Shown piece by piece: positions 47,881-56,640 of a stretch of DNA of 64,000 bases (within the stretch, counting starts at the first letter, position 1; every line of letters starts with the position of its first letter). This DNA is from Candidatus Spongiisociaceae bacterium (GTDB lineage: Bacteria; Actinomycetota; Acidimicrobiia; Spongiisociales; Spongiisociaceae), in contig CBDCOH010000002.1 in assembly GCA_965219685.1 (NCBI GenBank), positions 1,856,001 through 1,920,000 of the forward strand, in the 5' to 3' direction. The notes beneath the pieces are model-generated. The model was not told the DNA's origin, ran no database searches, and was given only the letters and a program-made list of their open reading frames with translations. A program made the position numbers and the translations under genes.

Positions 47881-48672
47881 TCATTCCTCTCGCAGATGGA
47901 GTTCGGCCTTGAGGGTGCGCTCGAGGCGAAGGAACTCGTCCGTGATCTCGATCCCCTTCTCACGTGGACGGTCCAGTTCTACGTCGTAGACAGCCTGGAT
48001 CCGCCCTGGACGGGGAGTCATCACGTAGACCCGATCCGACAGGTAGACAGCCTCGGCAACGTCGTGGGTGATGAACAGCACGGTGGTGCGGATCTCCTCC
48101 CAGACGCTCATCAGCCACTGCTGCAGACCCGTCCTCGTGTAGCTGTCCAACGCGCCGAACGGCTCATCGAGCAACATTATCGATCGTTTCTGAACCATCG
48201 TCCGTAGAAACGCCACCCGCTGTCGCATACCCCCTGAGAGTTGGTCCGGGTAGGCGTGGGCGAATTCGGACAGCCCGAAACGCTCGAGGTAGGGCTTGAC
48301 CCCGTCTCGAGCCGATTTCCGGGATAGGCCGTCCATCTCGAGTCCGAGGCTGGCGTTCCCCAGGACGGTCCGCCACGGAAAGAGGAGATCCTTCTGGAAC
48401 ATGTAGGCAATCTCGCCCAGGCGGCTACCGCCCGGAACACCGTCGAGTCGGATCTCGCCCGAGTCGTACCCCTCGAGGCCCGCAACGATGTTGAAGAGGG
48501 TGCTCTTGCCGCAGCCGCTCGGACCGATGAGGGTGACGAACTCGCCCGGCCTGACCACCATATCGACACCGTCGAGAGCCATTACGGGGCCCGATTTCGG
48601 GTGGAAGGTCTTGGTAAGACCCTCTATGACCAGGCCTCCCATTCCGGAGGCAGCCGACCCCGTCAACGTCAC
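47881..48672 (-). CDS. ABC transporter ATP-binding protein (TauB/SsuB/ThiZ-like)
   Basis: GPSGCGKST, LSGGMRQR, LLDEPFGALD, ITHD. Confidence 0.92.
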   Translation of the reverse strand: MTLTGSAASGMGGLVIEGLTKTFHPKSGPVMALDGVDMVVRPGEFVTLIGPSGCGKSTLFNIVAGLEGYDSGEIRLDGVPGGSRLGEIAYMFQKDLLFPWRTVLGNASLGLEMDGLSRKSARDGVKPYLERFGLSEFAHAYPDQLSGGMRQRVAFLRTMVQKRSIMLLDEPFGALDSYTRTGLQQWLMSVWEEIRTTVLFITHDVAEAVYLSDRVYVMTPRPGRIQAVYDVELDRPREKGIEITDEFLRLERTLKAELHLREE

Positions 48673-49532
48673 CCCGCGTCTCCCTGAGTCTTGGGTCGGT
48701 ACCACGGCATGACCAATCGCTGGAGGATCACAACCCCACCGAACAGGAGAAGGGTCACGGCCGAAGTAACCGTCACGGCCCCGAACACGAGGTCGGTGCG
48801 CAAGGCGTTCTTCATGGTGAGCATGTAGATCCCGAGGCCTTCCACCGCACCGACGAACTGGGCGATCACGGCCGCTATCACCGCGAACGACATCGAGACC
48901 CGTATGCCGGTGAAGAGATGGGTGAGGGCACTCGGAAAGCGAACCTTCAGCAGAAGCCGGACGCGACCGGAGCCCATCGTCCGCAGGAGGTTCATGGCGT
49001 CCTCATCCGTCGAGGCAAGCCCCTGAGCGAGGCTGACAGCCACCGGGAAGAAGGTGTACATGGCGACGACGAACGCATGCGACGAGATTCCGAACCCGAA
49101 CCAGATCACCACGAGGGGCGCGATAGCGACGATCGGAAGGGTCTGGGAAACGACAATCACCGGATAGATACTCCGCCTGACCCAGCCGAAGCTGTCGACC
49201 ACGACACCGATCACGACTGCGAGCACCAGCGCGGACCCGAACCCGAGGAGCACCGTCTGGAGGGTTATCCAGGTGGCTCCCCACAGGTTCGAGCGATCAT
49301 CCCACATCGCATCGAGAACATCGGTGGGCGTCGGGAGCACCGCGGGCGAGATGTCCTGCCACCGGACGAACATCTCCCACGCGATCAGGAGAATCAGGAC
49401 GGTGACCAGAGGAGGCCAGGCCATGCGAGCGAGACCCGGTCCGGACGAGTCGGTCCCGCCCCGCGTCAGGTCCGGCGGGGATCCCCGCTCGCTTCCTAGA
49501 TAATGGGAGTTCTTCCTAGCTGACTTCAGCAC
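48669..49532 (-). CDS. ABC transporter permease (TauC/SsuC/ThiX-like)
   Basis: LPTPTDV, SQTLPIVAIAPLVVIWFGFG, GLG; start uncertain. Confidence 0.85.
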   Translation of the reverse strand: MLKSARKNSHYLGSERGSPPDLTRGGTDSSGPGLARMAWPPLVTVLILLIAWEMFVRWQDISPAVLPTPTDVLDAMWDDRSNLWGATWITLQTVLLGFGSALVLAVVIGVVVDSFGWVRRSIYPVIVVSQTLPIVAIAPLVVIWFGFGISSHAFVVAMYTFFPVAVSLAQGLASTDEDAMNLLRTMGSGRVRLLLKVRFPSALTHLFTGIRVSMSFAVIAAVIAQFVGAVEGLGIYMLTMKNALRTDLVFGAVTVTSAVTLLLFGGVVILQRLVMPWYRPKTQGDAG

Positions 49533-49581
49533 GCTGCGGCCCACGATGGCCGGCTGTCCGACCCGGACCTGGCGGTAGGGA

Positions 49582-50832
49582 TCAGCAGCCGGGGAGGAGT
49601 TCGTTGGTTGCGTACACCGCGAACTCGGGTGCCGTAACCACCTGGCCGTCCTCATCCAACAGGACACCTGACCGTTCCAACAGGCCGCCTATGCCCGCGA
49701 AGTGCGACGGCTGCACGCAGCCCCATGTCCCGGCCTCGTTGAGATACTGAGATGCCCGGTATTGCGCGCTCTCCCGAACCAGTGCCTCGCTCTGCTGGAG
49801 ATCCGTCACCTCGCTGATCAGAATCTCGGCTGCTTGATCGGGATTCTCCGCGGCAAAGGTGTACGCGTCGCCCAAGGCTCTGAGGGCTCTCTCCAGTACA
49901 TCGGGTTGCTGGTCGATCATCTCGGAGCGGGCGATGAAGACCACATCCGGATATACGATCTCCGGTATGAAGTCGACGTAGGGGAAGAGGCGCAGTTCGG
50001 TACCGCGGAGTCGAGCGGCGATCTCGCTCCATCCCTGGAAGACGGCACTGAAATCGACCCGGTCCTCTATCAAAGCCTCGATGGCGCCGCCCTGCAGGAC
50101 GACCTCTTGGAAGTCGCCGGGGGTCGCAGCTCCGGCCGCCATGAGCATCTCGGTCACGAGGGGTCTCTCGTGCGGGGTCCCGTAGCCGCCGTACGACTCG
50201 GCAGCGTCGAGTTCAGCGGCAGTCTGGTAGGGCGAGTCAGCCGGCACGACCAAGGCCACGTTGTTCTCCTGGATGATGGCTGCGACGATCTTCAGCGAAG
50301 AACCAAGTGCCACCTCACGGAGCACGTCCGGCGGATAGGCAATGCCCAGGTCCGCGTCGCCCGCCTCGACCAAGACACCCGTGACGGTGAACGCCCACGG
50401 AACGACCTCCACATCCAGGTTCTCGCGCTCGAACAGGCCCATGGAGCGAGCGATGAAGATGCCCGCATGGTTGGTGTTCGGGATGAAGTCGAGAGCGATC
50501 CTGACTGTTGCCCGTTCCGGAGGAGCCGCGGTCGTATCCGGCGCGGCCGTCGTATCAGGCGCCGCAGTCGTGACAGGAGCAGCCGTCGTATCAGGCGCCG
50601 CAGTCGTGACAGGAGCAGCCGTCGTATCAGGCGCCGCAGTCGTGACAGGAGCAGCCGTCGTATCAGGCGCCGCAGTCGTGGCAGGAGCAGCGGTCGTGGC
50701 AGCGGATGTCGCTGCTCCATCGGACGATGGTTCGGAATCGCCGCACGCAGCCATAATCAACACCAGCGCGGAAAAATAGATCAGCAGTTTCCGGGCGACA
50801 CCCATCCGCCCCTGCGGCGACCTGTACCTCAT
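49582..50832 (-). CDS. NMT1/THI5-like (ThiY-type) ABC substrate-binding lipoprotein
   Basis: Lipobox MAAC; TTAAP linker; LDFIPNTNHAGIFIA NMT1 signature. Confidence 0.85.
   Translation of the reverse strand: MRYRSPQGRMGVARKLLIYFSALVLIMAACGDSEPSSDGAATSAATTAAPATTAAPDTTAAPVTTAAPDTTAAPVTTAAPDTTAAPVTTAAPDTTAAPDTTAAPPERATVRIALDFIPNTNHAGIFIARSMGLFERENLDVEVVPWAFTVTGVLVEAGDADLGIAYPPDVLREVALGSSLKIVAAIIQENNVALVVPADSPYQTAAELDAAESYGGYGTPHERPLVTEMLMAAGAATPGDFQEVVLQGGAIEALIEDRVDFSAVFQGWSEIAARLRGTELRLFPYVDFIPEIVYPDVVFIARSEMIDQQPDVLERALRALGDAYTFAAENPDQAAEILISEVTDLQQSEALVRESAQYRASQYLNEAGTWGCVQPSHFAGIGGLLERSGVLLDEDGQVVTAPEFAVYATNELLPGC
50546..50689 (-). repeat. 4 x 36-bp coding tandem repeat (TTAAPVTTAAPD linker)
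   Basis: GCCGTCGTATCAGGCGCCGCAGTCGTGACAGGAGCA x3 plus one copy with one mismatch. Confidence 0.9.
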
Positions 50833-51120
50833 CGTCTCTGCCCTCCCATTGAAACAGGCGGGTCCGAGCGGGCCCGCCGCTGAAACCTTGCAAAACACGG
50901 TATCAGAGATAGGTCGGCCAGGCCACCAGATCTTATGTCGAATGTTCGGACTGATCCACCGTTCGGCCAACCTCGAGCAACAACTCGGGCGGCGTTACAC
51001 AGGTACGGCTCGTAAACGCGGGCCAGACTCACATCTGGCAGAACGTCCCACCGAAGCCGGTCGACAATCCCCTGAACGGGATCCACCCGGTCCCGTCCTA
51101 TCTGCTTGCAGATGCTCGCG

Positions 51121-52122
51121 TCACCACCCCAGAACTGCGGCTGCGTGGTCGCCCATGATGCCCTCCAGCTTGTGCTGAGGGATCGGGTCGAGTCCCAGCG
51201 GCTCGGCATGGTCGTTCAGCGTTAGGAGCTTTTGCCGCAGGACCACGGGGTCGTACAGGAATCCCGGATAGTCCGAGCCGAAGAACAGCTTCTCCAGAGG
51301 AACGAAGAACGGTTCCGCCTTGTGCAGGAATGAGAACAGTTCCCTCGGGCTGAGCGCCGCGATCAGGTAGGAGAGTTCGCCGTAGAAGTTGGGATGCTTG
51401 GTGAGCAGGAATAGGGCTTCGTCCTGCCACGGAATACCCATGTGGGCGATGATGACGGTCAGATCCCTGAACTCCCGCCCGACGTCGTCGAGAAGCGCCG
51501 GCCTGCCGAGACCTAGCGAGGCGTCGATCCGGGTGGAACCGGCCTGGTGGAACATCACCGGGATCCCCAGGTCGAGAGCGCACTGGTAGACCGGGAATGC
51601 CAGTTCCCGGTCGTCCGGCGACCAGTGCTGGTACATCGGGTAGAGCTTCACACCCGACAGTCCCAGCTCCTGAACCGCCCTGGTGAGCTCCTCCACTGCC
51701 GCCTTCGGTCCCTGATAGGCGGGGTTGACCGACGCGAAACCGACCAGGGTCTCCGGATCCTGGCGCACCAGACCGGCTATGTAGTCGTTGCACTTCTCAG
51801 GATCGGGTGGGCCTTCGACGCCGCTGATGCCCGTAGGATCGACCGTTCCTATGAGCCGACCATCGAGCCACTGGGGGGAGACCGAGAGCAGGACGATCTT
51901 GTCGAACCCCGGGTGATCTCGTTTGGACTCGGCACCTCCGATAACCGGCCACCCTTTCCGGGAGAACCCGCTGCTCTCCCACTCCTCCTCCGTGGGCGTC
52001 CGGTGCGACGGCACGGAGCCGGCGCTGCGATAGATGCACAGGGACCCTTCCCGCCCGTACCTCACGGTGAAGTCGGGATCGGCCGCCAGTGCAAGCACGT
52101 GGGTGTGCATGTCGATCTGCAT
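51121..52122 (-). CDS. Amidohydrolase_2 family protein
   Basis: MQIDMHTH, GVKLYP, FHQAG, IAHMG, FFGSDYP. Confidence 0.88.
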   Translation of the reverse strand: MQIDMHTHVLALAADPDFTVRYGREGSLCIYRSAGSVPSHRTPTEEEWESSGFSRKGWPVIGGAESKRDHPGFDKIVLLSVSPQWLDGRLIGTVDPTGISGVEGPPDPEKCNDYIAGLVRQDPETLVGFASVNPAYQGPKAAVEELTRAVQELGLSGVKLYPMYQHWSPDDRELAFPVYQCALDLGIPVMFHQAGSTRIDASLGLGRPALLDDVGREFRDLTVIIAHMGIPWQDEALFLLTKHPNFYGELSYLIAALSPRELFSFLHKAEPFFVPLEKLFFGSDYPGFLYDPVVLRQKLLTLNDHAEPLGLDPIPQHKLEGIMGDHAAAVLGW

Positions 52123-52332
52123 TTGGCGCCCTCCCTCGTTACCGACTGCGGCGTCGCGAACCCTACTCGGGCCTGGTTCCCACCCGCCGTATCGAACCAC
52201 CGCTTGCCCGGACACCGCGTCCGGGTCCGAAGTAAGCTCCAAGGGCGGACCGGACCGGCGGGTTCGGGGAGAGAGACATCCTGGACTTCTTTTAGGCCGG
52301 TGCGTATGGGCACGAGCCGAAAGGACGGGCAG

Positions 52333-53931
52333 ATGTCACGATATCTAGTCGTGGGCAATCCGGTGGTCACGCTTGCCGACGAAGCGTTTATCACCGACGG
52401 TGCGCTCATCGTCGAAGGCAAGCAGATCGTCGAGTCCGGACCTCGGGAAGAACTCGAAGCCAAGGGTCCGTTCGACCGCGTCCTCGGCTCACCGGACCAC
52501 TTCGTGATGCCCGGGTTCGTCGCCTCCCACTATCACTCCGAGTCGGCGCTCGGCCCCGGACTCTGGGAGATGCTGTTCGAACGCGCCAATATCTACGTGC
52601 ATCCGGTCTTCAAACCGATGGACGAGGAGATCATGTACAAGGCGATCCTCGTCACCCTCATGACCGCGGTCCGGGGAGGGATCACGACCACCGTCGACGC
52701 CTTCTACGGCCGGCCCGGCCCGAAGAACTTCGGGATGGACAACGCCCTGCAGGCGTACGATGACCTGGGCATGCGTACCGCGCTGGGGATTACTCTGCGC
52801 GATGAGAACCTCTATGTGCACGAGGCGAACGAGGACTTCCTGAACCGGCTCCCCGATCAGCTGGCCGAAGAGGTACGCAACTCTCCGATGGGATACGCCC
52901 TCCCGGCGGACGACGTGATTGCTGCATACGAGAATGCCGCAGGCACCTGGGATGGCCGGGACGACCGGCTGCGGGTGCTGCTGGCCCCGGACTGGACTCC
53001 GGCGGTCTCCGACGACCTCTACCGCCGGTGCCGGGCCGTCGCCACCGAGTACGACACCGGGATCATGACCCACTGCCTCGAGACCCGGGCGGAGATGCAG
53101 TACAACATCAAGCGCTACGGCGTCACCGCCATGCAGCGGCTCCACGACATCGGGCTTCTCGGGCCCGACGTGTCCCTCTCCCACTTCGTCTGGGCCACCG
53201 ACCGCGACATCGAGATCCTGGCCGACAGCGGGGCAGTGGCTGCAAACAACCCCGGCTCGAACCTGAGGCTGAGCACCGGGGTGTGCCGGGTACGCGACAT
53301 CCTCGACGCAGGCGGAGGGCTGGCGTTCGGAACCGACGCCATCTCCTTCTCCGAGCGTGACGACATGCTCCAGGAGGTCCGGCTCGGCCTCTACCTCCAA
53401 CGCCTACCCCGCGGCCCGGAGCCCGAGCACGGCCGTCTGGACTCGGAAGCCGTCCTGAGAGCCGCCGCCACCTACGGAGCACGCGCGGCGCGCGCCGAGG
53501 ACCGCATCGGCAGCCTGGCGGTGGGAAAGGACGCCGACCTCCTCATCCTCGACCGCAAGCGGGTCTTCGACAGACCGGCGCGGTTCTACGTGAGCCCGGT
53601 GCTCGACGTGATACTGGACCGGGCCGACGGGACCGACATCGAGACCGTGCTCATTGCCGGCAAGGTCGTCCTCGACAACGGCGTGATCACCACGCTGAAC
53701 GAGCAGAAGATCCGGGACGAGTACAACGAGGAGATCGAGAGGGGGCTGTTCAATCTCGAGGAGCCTTGGGCCCGATGGGCCGAGTTGGCGTTCGAGGTCG
53801 AGCCCTACCTCTTCGACTTCTACCGTCCCTGGGCGGAGGAACCGATGGTCCCCGGATACGAGTACAACACGACCACCGGTCCTGTCGGCTTCGACGGCGG
53901 CCGACGGATCGGAGGAGGAAACAGCCGATGA
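52333..53931 (+). CDS. Amidohydrolase (deaminase-like), paralog of 29941..31515
   Basis: Start MSRYLVVG; PGFVASHYH, THCLE, SHFVW, NNPGSNLRL, FGTD. Confidence 0.88.
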   Translation: MSRYLVVGNPVVTLADEAFITDGALIVEGKQIVESGPREELEAKGPFDRVLGSPDHFVMPGFVASHYHSESALGPGLWEMLFERANIYVHPVFKPMDEEIMYKAILVTLMTAVRGGITTTVDAFYGRPGPKNFGMDNALQAYDDLGMRTALGITLRDENLYVHEANEDFLNRLPDQLAEEVRNSPMGYALPADDVIAAYENAAGTWDGRDDRLRVLLAPDWTPAVSDDLYRRCRAVATEYDTGIMTHCLETRAEMQYNIKRYGVTAMQRLHDIGLLGPDVSLSHFVWATDRDIEILADSGAVAANNPGSNLRLSTGVCRVRDILDAGGGLAFGTDAISFSERDDMLQEVRLGLYLQRLPRGPEPEHGRLDSEAVLRAAATYGARAARAEDRIGSLAVGKDADLLILDRKRVFDRPARFYVSPVLDVILDRADGTDIETVLIAGKVVLDNGVITTLNEQKIRDEYNEEIERGLFNLEEPWARWAELAFEVEPYLFDFYRPWAEEPMVPGYEYNTTTGPVGFDGGRRIGGGNSR

Positions 53932-54596
53932 CCAGCGTTTGCGAAACCCTCCGGGACAGTTGCAGGGAGATCTGGCACGAACTCCACCACCATCCATTCG
54001 TCGAGGAACTCGCCGCAGGCACGCTTCCGGAGCGGAAGTTCGCCTTCTACATCGGCCAGAACATCGTGTTCCTCAGGGAACTGGCGAGGGCGATGGCTCT
54101 CGGCGTGGCAAAGGCGGACGACGAGGACACGATGCGTGACTTCGCCGCCATCGTCAGCAACATCGTGGATTTCGAACTGCCCAAGAACCGCCAGTTGCTC
54201 GCCGAGGTCCGCGCGATGGTGCCGGGGGCTACCGAGGAGGTCGTGATGGCGCCCGGAACGTTGTCCTACACCCGTCACCTGCTCACGGTGGCCTACGAGG
54301 GCAGGGCCGCGGACATCATGGCGTCGCTGACCCCCTGCGCCTGGAGTTACGGGGAGATCGGCAGGGAACGGCTTCCAGACGCGCCGGACCACCCGGTCTA
54401 CGGAACCTGGATCGAGTTCTTCGGTGGACAGGAATACTGGGACACGCTCGAGGAGGTGAAGTCGAAGCTGGAAGGCCTGTGCCAAGGTATGAGCGAGTCG
54501 GATCTCGCCAGGATCGAGGACATCTTCCGTACCAGCAGCCGCTTGGAGCAGGTGTTCTGGGACATGGCCTACAACGAGAGCACCTGGCCGGTCTGA
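53928..54596 (+). CDS. tenA: TenA/thiaminase II family protein (Cys-type; Asp44-equivalent is Asn)
   Basis: ATGA overlap; HPFVEELAAGTLP, FYIGQN, TPCAWSY, HPVYGTWI, LEQVFWDMAY. Confidence 0.88.
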   Translation: MTSVCETLRDSCREIWHELHHHPFVEELAAGTLPERKFAFYIGQNIVFLRELARAMALGVAKADDEDTMRDFAAIVSNIVDFELPKNRQLLAEVRAMVPGATEEVVMAPGTLSYTRHLLTVAYEGRAADIMASLTPCAWSYGEIGRERLPDAPDHPVYGTWIEFFGGQEYWDTLEEVKSKLEGLCQGMSESDLARIEDIFRTSSRLEQVFWDMAYNESTWPV

Positions 54597-54606
54597 GTTC
54601 CCACGG

Positions 54607-56640
54607 ATGACATGGACCGTCGCCATCGACATCGGTGGCACGTTCACCGACGTGGTAGCCGACGACGGTACAGGCCGAAGGCTCACGGCCAAGGTGCCTA
54701 CCGTCCCCGCCGATCCCGCCGTCGGCCTTCTGAACGGCCTCGCGGTGCTCGGAAACCGGGGCATGCCGCTCGAGGATGTGAACCTGGTGTTCCACGGGAC
54801 CACCATCGCCACCAACGCGGTCATCAACGACGAACTGGCCCGGGTGGTGCTGCTCACGACCAAGGGCTTTCGCGACATCCTCACCTACCGATCGGGTTCC
54901 CGCCCCGACGCATACGACCTGCGCCAGAGCCGCCCGAGGGAGTTCATTCGACGCGATGACCGTCTAGAGGTCGACGAGCGGATCAGTTCCACCGGCGTCG
55001 TCCTACCCCTCACCGCGCCGGAGATCGACCGGGCTGTAGGTCGAGTCAGGAGCCGGAATCCGGAGGCGGTCGCCATCTCGTTCCTGTTCAGCTACCTGGA
55101 CGACGGCCACGAGCGGGCCATGGCCGATGCGCTCCGGTCGGCATGTCCGGGCATACCCATCTCCAGTTCGTCCGAGGTGGCGAGGGAGTTCCGCGAGTAC
55201 CCCCGCACGGTCACGACCGCCGTCAACGCCGGGCTCCGTCCGGTCGTGAGGGACTACCTGGGAGGGGCCGAGAGAGGTCTCAGGGATCTCGGAGTGCCCG
55301 GAAGCTTCCTCGTGATCCAATCGAACGGGGGAGGTGTTCCTGCCGCTCGAGCCGAGGCCGAGGCGCACAAACTCCTCGTATCCGGACCGGCGGCCGGCGT
55401 CGCCGGAGCGGTGGCTCTGGGGGCCGCCACCGGGCGAACCCACCTCCTCTCACTCGACATCGGTGGAACATCGGCGGATGTCTGCCTCATACGGGACGGG
55501 CGGGCTTCCATGTCGCCGATGCGGCACATCGAGTCCCACCCCATACTGGCTCCCTCCCTCGACATCCATTCGGCCGGAGCGGGGGGTGGGAGCATCGTCG
55601 ATGTGGACCGATCGGGGGCGTTGAAGGTCGGCCCTGCGAGCGCGGGTGCGTATCCGGGGCCGGCCGCGTACGGGCTCGGGGGTGAGAACGCCACCCTCAC
55701 CGATGCGCACCTGGTGGCGGGAACCCTCGGCGTGATGACCGCCCTGGGCGGGAGCCTCACCCTGGACCGCAACGCGGCCCTCGATGCGGTCCGCCGGGTC
55801 GGAACCAAGCTGGCCCTGAACACGCAGGCCACCGCCGAAGGGGTGCTGGCTATCGCCAACGCGCACCTCGAAGCCGCCATCCGGAGGGTCTCCATCGATC
55901 GCGGTGAGGATCCGAGACGCTACACCCTCGTGGCCTACGGTGGAGCCGGCCCACTCCATGCCGGTCAGTTGATCAGGGACCTGTCGATGCCGGAAGCGGT
56001 CATCCCGCGCCACCCCGGGCTGTTCTCCGCGGCGGGGCTGCTCGCGACGGATCTCAGGATCGACGAGTCGGCCACTGTCTTGACCACCATCGATCCCAGT
56101 TCCATCGCTGACATAGCCCGATGGTTCGATGCGACCGCGGGATCTCTTCGCGCCAGGTTGCGGTCGGACGGAATCGGGGAAGATCGAATCCGTGTCGCAC
56201 CTTCCATCGACTGCCGCTACAGGGGCCAGGGCTTCGAGTTGAACGTCCCGGTGGTGTCCAACGGACTCAGCCCCGAGGGGGTTCGGCAGGACTTCCGGCG
56301 CATTCACGACTCGCTGTATGGGCACACATCTGACGAACCTGTGATCGCAGTGACGCTGCGCCTGTCGGCCTTCGGGTCGCTGCCGATCGGAACGACGCGA
56401 CCCGCCGACGAGCCCCGCGGATCTCCGAACCCGGTTTCGAGCCGGACTGTCAAACTCCGGGAGATGTCCCGCCCCGCCGAAGTCCCCGTCTACTCGCGAG
56501 CTGATCTCGGGCGCGGAGCCAAACTTTCGGGACCGTGCATCGTCGAGCAACCCGACGCGACCACCCTCGTGCTCGACCGCCAGTCGGCCCGGGTGGACGA
56601 ATACCACAACCTGACGATCCGCGAGGCGGGCGATGGCTAA
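54607..56640 (+). CDS. Hydantoinase A / 5-oxoprolinase family subunit
   Basis: IDIGGTFTD, HGTTIATN, SGPAAG, DIGGTSAD, GAGGGS. Confidence 0.92.
   Translation: MTWTVAIDIGGTFTDVVADDGTGRRLTAKVPTVPADPAVGLLNGLAVLGNRGMPLEDVNLVFHGTTIATNAVINDELARVVLLTTKGFRDILTYRSGSRPDAYDLRQSRPREFIRRDDRLEVDERISSTGVVLPLTAPEIDRAVGRVRSRNPEAVAISFLFSYLDDGHERAMADALRSACPGIPISSSSEVAREFREYPRTVTTAVNAGLRPVVRDYLGGAERGLRDLGVPGSFLVIQSNGGGVPAARAEAEAHKLLVSGPAAGVAGAVALGAATGRTHLLSLDIGGTSADVCLIRDGRASMSPMRHIESHPILAPSLDIHSAGAGGGSIVDVDRSGALKVGPASAGAYPGPAAYGLGGENATLTDAHLVAGTLGVMTALGGSLTLDRNAALDAVRRVGTKLALNTQATAEGVLAIANAHLEAAIRRVSIDRGEDPRRYTLVAYGGAGPLHAGQLIRDLSMPEAVIPRHPGLFSAAGLLATDLRIDESATVLTTIDPSSIADIARWFDATAGSLRARLRSDGIGEDRIRVAPSIDCRYRGQGFELNVPVVSNGLSPEGVRQDFRRIHDSLYGHTSDEPVIAVTLRLSAFGSLPIGTTRPADEPRGSPNPVSSRTVKLREMSRPAEVPVYSRADLGRGAKLSGPCIVEQPDATTLVLDRQSARVDEYHNLTIREAGDG

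Noticed and set aside
50546-50689. 36-bp repeats as a CRISPR array
   Set aside because: The units are contiguous without spacers and lie in frame in a lipoprotein linker; no cas genes are present.
50833-51120. TPP riboswitch upstream of the ThiY-like transporter
   Set aside because: I could not find the CTGAGA / ACCTGA...TAAT...GCG.AGG core on the minus strand; an Rfam scan would be decisive.
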